A stretch of DNA of 64,000 bases from the human T2T-CHM13v2.0 reference genome, Homo sapiens: the NCBI RefSeq assembly GCF_009914755.1, contig NC_060926.1. One strand, given 5' to 3'. The translations under genes and the position numbers were made by a program. The notes under the pieces were generated by a model. That model ran no database searches. It was not told where the DNA came from and was given only the letters and a program-made list of their open reading frames with translations. Positions 30,611 to 45,585 of the stretch are shown here, one piece after another; the stretch's first letter is position 1, and each line of letters opens with the position of its first letter.

Positions 30611-30769
30611 GGGACTCCTCCTGCCAAGTAATCCTCTATTATTGCATTTTCCATGCTGTTTCACAATGATCTGCTTACTGTCTTCTTCATTTTTACTGAT
30701 GGTAGTAGTAGAACTACTATTGTTACTAAGAGCTAGCTTGTATTCAGCCCTTGCTATTCAAGAAGAATG

Positions 30770-30970
30770 CCCTAAAAGCTTTAAAGGAATTCACACTTAA
30801 TATTCACAACATTAATTTGAGTTAGTGGTCATTATTATCATTTTACAGATAAGGAAACTGAGGCACAAAAAACTGTGCACAGTATCAAATGTAGTAAATG
30901 GTTGAACCAGAATATAAGCCTAGTAAATGGCTGAACCAGAATATAAGCCTACACTCTAACCCACTTATAT
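30770..30970 (-). mobile_element. MIR
   Basis: Core cattttacagataaggaaactgaggcaca. Confidence 0.7.
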
Positions 30971-31199
30971 GGTGAGCTGTTCAAAGGCAAGAGTCATATG
31001 TCTCATTTATATTTGTATCCCAAATGCCCTAAGTATTGCCTGGCAGCTATAGGTATTCAAAAAATGCTGAGATGAGCCAGGTGGATGGTATCACTGAAGC
31101 CTGTTTGCCCAGTAGTCTCCTCAAGTGACCTATGCTCTAGCTAAACTGAATGTCTAGTACTTTCTCACTTCTTTGTCTTTGCTGACAATGCTCACTTAG

Positions 31200-31894
<695 letters not shown>

Positions 31895-32435
31895 GGTTAT
31901 AATATTCTTTCCATCTCCATTCACTGAAGGCCTAACGAAAGGCCACTGAACACCTGTGATGTGTCAAACATTGTGTTAGGCACTAGGCATAGCATAGTGA
32001 TTAATATAGACATGGCCCCTGTCACCTTGGCACTTAGACTCTACTGAGAGAGATTATACATACACAAGCAAATGTATAAATTGTGAAAGTATTACAAAGA
32101 AAATATGCAGGGTATGATGATACAGAATAAATAGGATGGGAGTACCTAATTTAGATAAAGTGGTCAGGGTAGTCCTTTCTGTGCCATTAACTTTTACATG
32201 TTCAAAAGTTCAGTGCACTCAGGAAAAACTGAAAGGACTGTGAAGCTGAGGCACGGTAATAATAGTTACTGTCTGCACCACTTGTTTTTCCTTATGCTAT
32301 GCTGCCTTGCACTATTAATTCTCCTTGTAGGTCTAGACATCATGTCTCCATAATCAAGTTAAGCTTCCTTAAACCAAGGACTTTGCAGTACTTCACAGTG
32401 CCTTACTAATATCCAACACAGTCCCTTTCACATAG

Positions 32436-32819
<384 letters not shown>

Positions 32820-33011
32820 AATTTTCCTATTTTACTGATGTGAAAACAGAATCAGAGAGGATATGGAACTTGCCTACAGTTACAGAGCCAATACCAAGTG
32901 CTTAATTCAGGATTCAAATACAGGACTGTGATTCCAAAATACCAGGCTTTTTCACTATTCAGATGTTGTAAATTGATAGCTTAAAGGTATACTCATCTGT
33001 AGAGTATTTTA

Positions 33012-33707
33012 TTCTTATTTATTTATTTATTTATTTTTTTAGTATTTATTGATCATTCTTGGGTGTTTCTCGGAGAGGGGGATTTGGCAGGGCCATAGGA
33101 CAATAGTGGAGAGAAGGTCAGCAGATAAACATGTGAACAAAGGTCTCTGGTTTTCCTAGGCAGAGGACTCTGCGGCCTTCTGCAGTGTTTGTGTCCCTGG
33201 GTACTTGAGATTAGGGAGTGGTGATGACTCTTAACGAGTATGCTGCCTTCAAGCATCTGTCTAACAAAGCACATCTTGCACCGCCCTTAATCCATTTAAC
33301 CCTGAGTTGACACAGCACATGTTTCAGAGAGCACGGGGTTGGGGGTAAGGTTATAGATCAACAGCATCCCAAGGCAGAAGGATTTTTCTTAGTATAGAAC
33401 AAAATGGAGTCTCCTATGTCTACTTCTTTCTACACAGACACATTAACAATCTGATCTCTCTTTCTTTTCCCCACATTTCCCCCTTTTCTATTCGACAAAA
33501 CCGCCATTGTCATCATGGCCCGTTCTCAATGAACTGTTGGGTACACCTCCCAGACGGGGTGGCAGCCGGGCAGAGGGGCTCCTCACTTCCCAGAGGTGGC
33601 GGCCAGGCGGAGGGGCCCCCACCCCTAAGACGGGGCGGCTGCCGGGCAGAGGCGCCCCCACCTCCCAGACGGGGCGGCTGCTGGGCGGGGGCGCCCCCCA
33701 CCTCCCA
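33012..33707 (-). mobile_element. 5'-truncated SVA retrotransposon (SINE-R plus partial VNTR; older SVA_A/B-like)
   Basis: Reverse complement of the SINE-R 3' end (tttattgatcattcttgggtgtttctc...); GC-rich VNTR units (cctcccagacggggcggc) 33540-33707; TSD AGAGTATTTTA 33001-33011 and 33708-33718. Confidence 0.92.
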
Positions 33708-33780
33708 AGAGTATTTTAATATATTCTAAATTAGCTACTAATGTAAAAAATCTGCAAATACATTAACAATCTGGATTTCC

Positions 33781-34197
<417 letters not shown>

Positions 34198-34689
34198 TTA
34201 TCTTGTCCATTTATTTAGGTAACCTGCCTGGTAGTCCTCTATAAACATCACAGTTTATAATCCTTGCACCATTCTATGCTTTAATACAACAGTGTATTAT
34301 TATTTATTTAAGTACTAATACAAGTTATATGTATAAATATGAATAGGATTTTTTTTTTCAATGACAGTTTTCCTAGGACTTCAGCTGAGACCATGAAACA
34401 TAGAAGTGGAGAAAAGAAGGAATGCATTACTGAAGGAAAATCAATAAATACGGAAGCTGGGAATGAGCTCAGTTTCTTTTGGCAACAGGATTAGTTAAGG
34501 TTGGGACCTTATTGTGAAGACCCTTAAAAGCCAGGATGAAGTGTTTGAGGTTTTCTATAGCAGTTATTAAAAGTGTTTGCAAAAAGGAATAAGACAGTAG
34601 CTCCTGAAAACTTTTATATATGACAAATACAAAAGAATGATTTTACTTTTTCCAAAAAAGTGGAAATGACTAAGATAATGTCTACTTAC

Positions 34690-34910
34690 TTTAAATGAAC
34701 TTCAGTTTGGGAATGTATTGCTTCTCCCAACACATTTCCAGTTTCATCCACCACAGCAGCTGCTGTATCATCACAACTAGTTTCAATTCCCAATACTATT
34801 TTATGAAGAAATAGTGTTCCAGGATGAAAATTAAAACTTCTTAAAAATTCATAAACTTTCCTTTTTGATGGTTTAAAAAAAACTCCTGCAGTCTTAGTCA
34901 AGATTAGCAT
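34690..34910 (-). CDS. OSGEPL1: OSGEPL1 first coding exon (exon 2 spans 34690-34930)
   Basis: ATG at 34910; basic presequence-like MLILTKTAGVFFKPSKRK followed by the family motif VLGIETSCDDT; acceptor ttttcag|34930; donor AA|GTAAGT. Confidence 0.95.
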
Positions 34911-35779
34911 ACTTACTCTATAGATAATTCCTGAAAAAGAATTACAGAAACAACTTATTATTTGCAACTGACATTAGCCAGCTTATTTTTCAATATATAG
35001 TTTTACAGAATTACAGGAAAGTTTGTAAAAGTCACCAAAAGTTTGTAAAGGCTATAGCAACATGGGAATATAAATAATATTATGAATGAATATAATGTTC
35101 TCCAAGGGGGAAAACAGGGGTCAGATATAAAATTTTTTAGTATTATTATTACTTGCATGCTGTTCCTACCAAAAGACTTACTATTAAGACAGCTAATATA
35201 AAGTACAATAATTGATAGAGTCCTCTGAAAAGTGCTATTTATTTTTTGACAGCTAAAATTAAGACAAAATGTGGATTTTCTAAAAAGAATCAAACAACAA
35301 AGGCAGATGGAACAGATAAAAATACTGTTAATGTATTCCATCTCCTAAAAACATCTTTCAAAATAAAACTGGATCATTTGGTTCAAAAACAAGAGTTAAC
35401 ATAAACACACACACGCCAACTGCAACCTAACACCTATTTTATCCTTAATTGCAATCTTTGGAATTAAATCTCCACTTTTTGCTACAGGTTTTGTCATAAC
35501 AAGGATCTTCCCAAATCCTTTTCCCCCAAAATAATAGCAGCCCATCACTAAAGCACACTAGTATTTTCACACTGCGAAGCACCTAATTTTATGCCCCCAG
35601 ATCATCCGTTCTAAAACTTTCTGGGTGTTAAAGCAGGGCCTTTCTCCACCACACTAAAGGGACACGGCATCCCAGGGATTAGAGATGAGCGACCTATTTG
35701 CAGAAGGCAGTTGCGGGCAGTGCAGCCCAGACAGACACAACCTAGAGGAATTAGATTTGCATTAACAAAATCTGGACAA

Positions 35780-36540
35780 GGAGGATTGTACGAAGCACTA
35801 CCCTTTCGGGCCAAGAAAGCTGCAGGCTGAACCCACGTGACTTGGGTAGCGCTGGTCTCCTGTCGGCTGTAAGGCGGCGACGGGCGCAAACTGGAACCGC
35901 TTTTCCAGGTGCGCAAAAGCGTCAGTGGGGTGAAGAGTGAGCAATTTCACCCACCTTCCACTTGGGCGGCAGTAGCTAGCACTTGTCTCCTTTCCCTACT
36001 AAAGACTGTCGACTGCCCTTATCGCTGCAGGAGAAAGCCCGAACCTGGCGCCCGGAAGTGATGTCATCGGAACTGTGCAAGGTCCCGTCCAGAGCTGGCT
36101 GCTGTTCCGCTAGCGAGCGGCATGCTTAGTGAAGAAAAGCTTAAAGGCCGTCTTTGCCCAAAACGCTCTCTGTGCGCACCTGCATTTCCCCCAGATTTGC
36201 AGGTGATGAGAGTTCTGTAAAATTACACAGCTAGTGACTGATCCAGCGGAGGCCGAATACAGGTTTGTCTGACTACACAACATCAAGTTCCAAACACTAA
36301 GCTACATTAAAAAGAAATTTTTTTTTTGCCCTTGGCTGGAATTTGGTTGCTACTGTGAGAAAAGGATGGGGTAGATTATTCGTCATTCATTTTTAAGGGA
36401 ACTATCATCAAATCTAAACGTAGGGGTGAGGTACCTGATACTTTCATCGGAGAAATAGGATGGAATCTAGCGGCGCCCCCTAGCAGGGTTACCAAAGAAC
36501 GGAAGTGTTTCTCATCGGACAGTGTAAACCGTTTCTCCCA
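35780..36540. promoter_or_regulatory. CpG-rich OSGEPL1 promoter, probably bidirectional
   Basis: Local CpG enrichment; ETS CCGGAAGTG 36052-36060; E-box CACGTG 35834-35839; CTCF-like GCGCCCCCTAGCAG 36473-36486; second ETS ACGGAAGTG ~36499-36507. Confidence 0.75.
35955..36050 (-). other. OSGEPL1: OSGEPL1 non-coding exon 1 (5' end approximate)
   Basis: Donor AAG|GTGGGT at 35955/35954 inside a CpG-rich region upstream of exon 2. Confidence 0.65.
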
Positions 36541-36589
36541 CTTCACTAGGAAGAAAGGGGCTGGCTTATTTTTACAATTAAAAAAAAAA

Positions 36590-36731
36590 AAAATCGGGAG
36601 ACTGAGGCAGGAGAACTGCTTGAACTGGGACCCGGGAGGCGGAGGTAGCAGTGAGCCGAGATCGCGCCACTGCACTCCAGCCTGAGCTACAGAGCGAGAC
36701 TCTGTCTCAAAAAAAAAAAAAAAAAAAAAAA
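36590..36731 (+). mobile_element. Alu right-arm fragment
   Basis: cgggagactgaggcaggagaa...gactctgtctc plus A-tail. Confidence 0.85.
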
Positions 36732-37189
36732 GGCTGTGGTAAATATTCAGTTGCCTTAAACCATCCTATTTTCATAATGCATTATGTTGTCCTTCCTTAC
36801 TATGTACATGAAATTCAGCATGGTATGTTTTCAAAGTCTTGCACCTGCTTTTTTTTTTTTTTTTCTTTTATTGGTTTGTGAACTTTGTTTTGAACATTGG
36901 ACAGATTTATTCCAAGAGTCAGGCTTTTCCCCTGCTGGTATTTAAGATTTTAGTAAGCAAGGACCTTAGAATCCACTGTTGTACAGGGCTGGCATATATA
37001 CCTGCACTTTGCACGTTGTGAAGCTCTGGGTATAAAAGATGAGTAAATCCCATAACAACATGTTGGGAAGCCACAGAGTACAGTCTAGAGGTGGATACAG
37101 ATAAATAAATAAATAATTACCAGAATATGGTTGAGGTTTTTTATTTGGAACTTATGTTTTTCAAAAATTTCATTTATGTGTAACAATAA

Positions 37190-37385
37190 TGATAAAGTGG
37201 CACTATGTACCAGGCACCTGCTGTAGATTAATTTCTTTCAAAATCCCATGAAATAGTTTCTGTCCTCATTTTACAGGCAACTGGGCCACAGAGTTTGGGT
37301 GCTTTGGAGGTCACACAACTAGGAAAAGCAAAGCTAGGATTAGAAGTCAGGCCATCTGGCACTGGAGTCTGTTTTCTTAACTGCT
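37190..37385 (-). mobile_element. MIR
   Basis: ctatgtaccaggcac...cattttacagg...aggtcacacaactagg. Confidence 0.6.
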
Positions 37386-38099
37386 AGAAGAGAAAATAAC
37401 TCACATTTTCTCTAGGGTGCACTGTTGGCCTAAACAAGGGAAAAAAGAAAAATTAAAACCTAAAAGTTAAGAAAAATTAGTCATACGGTTAGAGAGGTCA
37501 GAGCTTATTTCTGTTATACACTGGAATCCAGTTTGAACATAAAACCTTTCACATCAGGTATTATTTTTCTTACAATTCCAATTATGTTCAGCAAGTATAT
37601 CCCAATGCTCTTCTGTGCTGTCAAGACAAGCAAGATCCTATTGTGTGTGCTATCATTGGTAGATTCCTCGTCTAGGCACTCTTGGCCAGTGTTGAGTCCG
37701 AATGCTGTTATTATGTGAAACAGGAGAACTCTAGGGCACATTAGTATGGAATTTTATCTTTCCCTTGACCGAATATATGTAAAGTGGCACTTATACAAGT
37801 CCCATGTATTTAGCAAAGATATACATTTTTTATGTTCTCTATTGTAACATAGGAGAGGGTTATTGGGGGAAAGGCATGTATGCTCTCTGAGGCCTGTCTG
37901 TACTTTTATGCAGATAGTTAGAATGCCACTCATGGGCATTCTCAAAAAATATGGCCTATGTAAGTTCAACATAAATCGAGAGTTCCAGCTGAATCTAGAT
38001 ATGCTTATTTGGTCTCAGATATTGTGTGTCTAGCTTTCCATTTGTAGCCTTCAGAGGAAAATTTTATTATTAATACATATTATATATTAAAACATATAA

Positions 38100-38439
<340 letters not shown>

Positions 38440-39106
38440 TAGGTTAGGTTTTATTTTCATTTGTTACATATTTATTGGGTTATTTCCTTTATGCTAGGAA
38501 CTTTATTAGTATAAGGATACAGATAAGGTCCATTCTCTGTTCTCAAGAATCTGAGTCTACAGGCAGAAGACAAAATGCAGTACAGAATTATGGAAATGTG
38601 AATGGAAACTGCATTCAGAGAGGGGTATTGCTTGGGAAAAGCCACATTGGCGTGCCACAGATGTATGCCAGCCCGGCAGGCCCATAGTGTGATTACTTGA
38701 GTTTCAATATCTGATTCTTTTATAGGCTTGAAATTGGTTTATCAGGTCTGGAAGTGACTGGACTCTGGAGTACTGAGTTACCCACCACAAACTGCTAATA
38801 AAATGCTGTGTAAAAGCCATTAATACTAATGTATTATTTATGAGAAACACAATTATGGGGAAGCTAGGATAGTTGAGTTTGCTGGTCATTATCTTCCTTG
38901 TATTGACCAAATTACAATGAAGGCTAAATCCAAATTATAATCAGAAGATTGCTTGGTAAATACAGAACAGAAACAATAGAAATGTGTGTGGTGCTTTTAA
39001 TGGCTAGTATTTCAAGCCTGATGCAGCCCTTTCCACTTGAGTCACATTGTCTTACATTCTTTGACTTGGCTAGTGCTAAAAATACATTGCCATTTTACTT
39101 TCTCCA

Positions 39107-39391
39107 TTTTTTTTTTTTTTTTTTTTTTTGAGACGACGTCTGGATTGCAATGGTGTGAGGTTGGCTCACTACAACCTCTGCCTCCCGGGTTCAAGCGATT
39201 CTCCTGCCCCAGCCTCCTGAGTAGCTGGGACTACAGGTGCACGCCACCACGCCCAGCTAATTTTTGTATTTTTAGTAGAGACGGGGTTTCACCATGTTGG
39301 CCAGGATGGTCTCCATCTCTTGACCTCGTGATCCACCTGCCTCGGCCTCCCAAAGTGCTGGGATTACAGGCGTGAGCCACCACGCCCAGCC
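39107..39391 (-). mobile_element. AluS
   Basis: Reverse dimer with a small deletion near the tail. Confidence 0.88.
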
Positions 39392-39534
39392 CATCCTTTC
39401 TCCTCTTAAATTTTCTTTGCTGACCAGTATCTCTTGATGTGGAACGTTCTTTCATTAGTGGTAATACTGTCAATCAGGTCTTTGGAAGATATTTTGGGTT
39501 TTGTTTGCTGAACCATTATGCTTATTTTACAAAT

Positions 39535-40435
<901 letters not shown>

Positions 40436-42343
40436 CTCAGATGATCTTATTTCCTTATTTTTCAAGTGTGTGGGTCTATGTGTGGTTTTGGCAGGGAAGC
40501 GAGTCTCTGTTATTCCCACATACTCCCCATGACTGTTAAGTGCTGTGTTAGAAGCATATGGTTTGATGAGAATTCTAGGAGAGACAAATGTTTCAAAGGA
40601 TCTCTGTATTTTCACCGGCAATAACTAATAAATCATCTGGCTTCGCTGTTCCCCCTGTAAAAATTATAAAATGGAGAAAATAATGCATGTTTTATCATCT
40701 TGGTAAAATGGTCAACATAAATGCAGAATATTTGAAAACTCCGGGGTTTTCAAAATAAGATTGTCAATAAAAATTTATAATTGCTAATTGGAAAGTCAGA
40801 AAATTTATACACTGTAAAATTCCTTTCATACTTTATATCTTAAAACTATTTTACAATGTTAATGAAGTGGCTTATTTCTTTACTAAAGTTCTTGTATTTA
40901 AGATTATTTTATCAACACATACTTATGCTGTCTGAGTGAACGGACACTGTGATAAACTGCCTTATCTGCTAAACTTAACATTATTTAGAACTTGAGAGCT
41001 ACACGTAAGTCATCCCATAACCATTGTTTATCAAGGGCTTGAATAATTAGTCAAGAAATGAAATAAATTACAGTGCTACACTGAAAACCCAACTTTTTTT
41101 ACTATTTTTCTAATTATGAAATATTTCAGATTTTGAAAAAATTAAATACTATAAACAACTTCTGTGAGGCCAACATTCAACTTGAGATAAAATCATCCAA
41201 TACAGTTGAAGCCCTGTGTCCTATATACTTGATACATTCAGGATTCTGACTTTGATGCTTATAATTCTCATGCATTCATTTGTAGCTATATGAAAATTTT
41301 TAAACCCAACATAACAAACTACTTGCTACATCACTGGATCTTTTTTACCTGGAACTGAAATTAGGCAGTAAAATAAACATGTGATACATCTCATTCTTTT
41401 CTTTTTGACACAACAAAGGAGAGTTTATCTCTGCTATTCTACTTACCTTCTCCTTCCCTGCGCTGCACTACTCCAAACCTCCTTTTAGGGTATTTTACCT
41501 AGATAGGTCTTTTCAGTACTGAACTTGTTCACATTGCTCACATCGACATGTACTATCCATGTTATTGTTTTAGGAATTACTCTTTTCTGTCTATCCTGTT
41601 AGAAAGACTATTAAATTGCACTGGTTGACACTGGGTTACTCCATTTGTGTTCTTCATGACTAGCATGAGGCTATTTTTGGGTGATACTTACTGATGACAT
41701 ATATGATATAGAAGACACAGGAGAAATATACTGCATGAAAATCAAGATTCAGCTTTAGCTAGACAAGATGAATCAATAAACTAAAATCTAACAAGATGGA
41801 GTTCTATAGGAAAAATGTCTTAAGAGTTTGGTTTAATAAATCAATTTCATATGTGAAGGGTAAGCCATAATTTAACAGCACTACATATTGAAGATTTAAG
41901 GTTTTAGTGACATAAAGTGAATCAGTGATATGTGGTTGTCAAAATAAAAAACTAAAGTGGTATTAGGCAGCATTAAAAAAAAGCATCCAGAACAGGGGAA
42001 GTGGTACTCTTTCACAGCATATCTGATCACCTCTTGTATTTAACTCTTGTGCTATATAATAAGTAATAAACTGGAACTTAGAGCAGAATTACCAGGATAG
42101 TGGGAGAAATCTGAAACCATATCATATGGAAAATGGTGAAGGCTCTAGTAATATTTATTCCATGCTGTTGACACCAATTTAAAAGTTATCTTTAAATACT
42201 TGAAGAGTTATGTAAAGATTAGATTTTTGACTCAATATACAACAAATTGTAAATTCTATTACAAAAATAGAATATACTGTCTTATAAGTCCTCTTCTATT
42301 AATATTATTATTAAAACAGAACTAAATGGAAGGGTGGTAATTA

Positions 42344-42672
<329 letters not shown>

Positions 42673-42879
42673 GTTAAGGCAGGGGGTTGAATTACATGGT
42701 GTCTAAGGGCTTCTCTAACTTAGCCTCATATAGCTCTATAAGCTAATTCATATAGGTATTAGTGAAGGAGATATTATTATGCCTCTTAGGATCTTTATAA
42801 TTCAATAGACAATAACACCATAAACCTAGAAAAAGGATGGGGGCAGGTCAAAGGGACACAGCAGTCAGCTTGTAAGAGC

Positions 42880-43130
42880 TCCTAATGGTCAAAGCTGGAG
42901 GACAATTTGAGCAACAAATCATAATAATGGATTATAACCCAAAGAATGAAATATCCATAAGCCCAGAGTATAAGTGATTTAATAAGTAAATAAAGAAGGG
43001 ACAAATCTTCCTTATAAAAAGATTCTAATAAATAATTATAGAATAAGGGAAACAGAAAATCATCACTAGAACTCCACAGTAGTAATTGCCGCAAGAAAGA
43101 TCCACCAATGAATGCTAAAATTTGTGGCAT
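42880..43130 (+). mobile_element. L1MC/MD-like 3' fragment
   Basis: tggattataacccaaagaat...gatccaccaatgaatgctaaaat. Confidence 0.55.
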
Positions 43131-43589
43131 TTCTAAGCTCATGACTCCTTAGAAATTGCCATTATGTCTCCTGACTTGAAGTCAGGAGCATTTATGGCAT
43201 GGCAATTTATTTTGTTCCAAGTAATAGTCATTTTTAGATTTTGTTTTAAACTGGAATGTAGGCACCAAAGGGAAGGGAGTTGGTTTTTCTTGTCTACAAA
43301 CTATCCTCAATACCTAACATAATTCCTGTTACAGAGTGGGCCCTTCAAATATCTACTGAGTAAATATTTTTAAAACATTGACGGGAGAAAGCAGTGAAGA
43401 AAGCATGTCTAAGAGGGAGACTTCTATCTCTGAAGTATGTTAAAAAAATGTAAGCCTTTTGAGAGGAACTTTAAAATAAAGAAAAATGAATGCTTTTTGT
43501 TACTTTAATTTTACGAATTCAGTTGCTTAAAAATAAACTTGAAAAATGTCATTTTAATTTTGATGACTAAATTTGGAGGGCTTTTGAAA

Positions 43590-45035
43590 TAATATTACAC
43601 CAACGAAAAATTTTATTAAATTATAGATCACCAGTTATTTAAAAATACACGGGAAAAGACAGACATACAAAGGTAGTATCATATAACTGATTTCTAAACT
43701 CAATACTTTTGAGATACAAAACAATGATCATTACCCCCAAAAGTCAGTTTACTGACACGAATTGATGTTTAAGTTGGTCTGTAACTCTTTTCATTCAATT
43801 CTGTTTATAAATGTTACTGAATTTTTAAATTTTGTCCCATATCTGAACTTTGTTTTTTTTGACATGTTTACTTCTCAAAGTAGTATATAGTTATTTCTTG
43901 CAATTAATGTCAGCAACTATAAGAAGCTTTCCTAAGTCACAAGAATTCAATGTGGTTGCTGTTCTGGAGACAGTTACCATTTTGGGCTATATATACTAAA
44001 ACCCACGTATTCAAAGGCAAAATATGGGGGTTGAGAGCAGGAGGACTAAGAAAAGAAAATGTTATCTTTTACTGCAGACCTGCCAAAAAAAAGACTCCAT
44101 TACTTACTTTGGTACTATTGCTAGAGACGTTGTTTCTGCCAGACCACAGGTTGGCTATATGGTTGTTCCTTTTATATTTCCTTTTTCAAATGATGACAAA
44201 CTTTCCCAATTAAATTGTTCAACCAAATAAGCAGACACCTTTAAATTACCATATATTTTTTAGTTGCTTGAAAGAAATTAATTATTTTCTTAATTGGTTT
44301 AGCAGCCTTGTGTCTGGAAAAGCAGTAAAACCTGCTTTGTTCCAAAATTAGAACACTTGACTCAGAGGCTGCTTGTAAGACACTTGGCTATCTTTTATCA
44401 CCAATCAGTCACAAAGGTGAACCTCCATGAACTCTGTAACGTAATAAATGTAAAAATGGCCTCATTGACCAATACACAATATTAAGCCAGCAAAACCAAA
44501 AAAGTACCCTCATAAGTGGGAACTGGCTTGTATAAAACAAGAGGATATACATCCGCTTACATAAAACAAGAGAAATATGTACGGTAATAAAAATAATCTT
44601 TAATAAACTTGTATAGAGAGGATTCCGGTTTACATGTAAGTCTGCTTTAAATAACCACAGCTGAATGACTGGAAATGTTCTTTTCTTAACACAATGCCCA
44701 TTCATTATAAGTTAAGCTGGTCCTAGTTTCTTACAAATCTCTTATTTCCTTGAATTTATCTACTACACCCTCACTGTGATGCCCTTTAACTTATAAGCTG
44801 GGCCTGCCCAGCCTGCTTATAAAGCCCCTCTTCAGAAATGTACCAGGTGTATTAAACAGAGGCATCATTTAATGGAAATCTGCACTTCAAAACAGCACTT
44901 GAAGGACCAGCCATTGGCCCTCCAATGTAAATACTTCTCATTTCACATTATCAGAGAAACAGTGCAGTTTACTAACCACTCCTTCCTTATAAGAAATTCA
45001 GTAGCTGTAAAATTTTTTTTCAGTTTCAAAACATT
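43590..45035 (-). other. ORMDL1: ORMDL1 3'UTR
   Basis: Repeat-poor sequence after the stop; minus-strand AATAAA at 43612-43617; proximal ATTAAA at 44868-44873. Confidence 0.65.
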
Positions 45036-45171
45036 TCAATACTTATTAATTCCAAAGATCCGAACACCATGTAGTTGTGGCATTTTGGGAATTAGTACAC
45101 TCAGGAGAGAAGCTGTGTTTAGGATGAAGTGAGTTGGATCATACTTCGTATAGAAACTTGCCAGAAAATAT
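45036..45171 (-). CDS. ORMDL1: ORMDL1 last coding exon
   Basis: ctacag|A TAT; [44 protein letters not shown]. Confidence 0.96.
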
Positions 45172-45432
45172 CTGTAGAGATAAAAGTTAAGAATATATAT
45201 AACATCCAAAAATAAAATTACTTGGAACTTAAACAATTTTAAAGGTAGAAAAAAAGGCCACTAAAGCATAAATACCTAAAAATGAAACTATTTTTGAGCA
45301 CTAAAACAAGAGGAATCGGTTTGGTCCCAAGTTTATCTCATTAGGAACTAAAAAATTTGTTTAATGGAGGTCCACATTTTCCATTTCTGCAATTGTATTA
45401 AATACATTTAATAGAACACACTGCATCCTTTA

Positions 45433-45585
45433 AAGCAAGGCTTATCAAACTAGGGTTCATATGCCCTCTGTAATTACAGGTGTAGTTCTGTATTTCCATG
45501 TATGTTTCTGAAAAAGATATGGATTCAAAGCATTCATCTTATTCTCAAAAAGTTTTGTGACTCACAGGTTAAGAACCTCTACTGT
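45433..45585. mobile_element. MER103-like hAT-Charlie fragment
   Basis: ttatcaaactagggttcat...attctcaaaaag...gtgactc...ggttaagaacc. Confidence 0.45.

Noticed and set aside
33053-33729. ORFs MCFVRQMLEGS... and the Gly/Pro-rich ORFs
   Set aside because: SVA SINE-R and VNTR sequence, not host genes.
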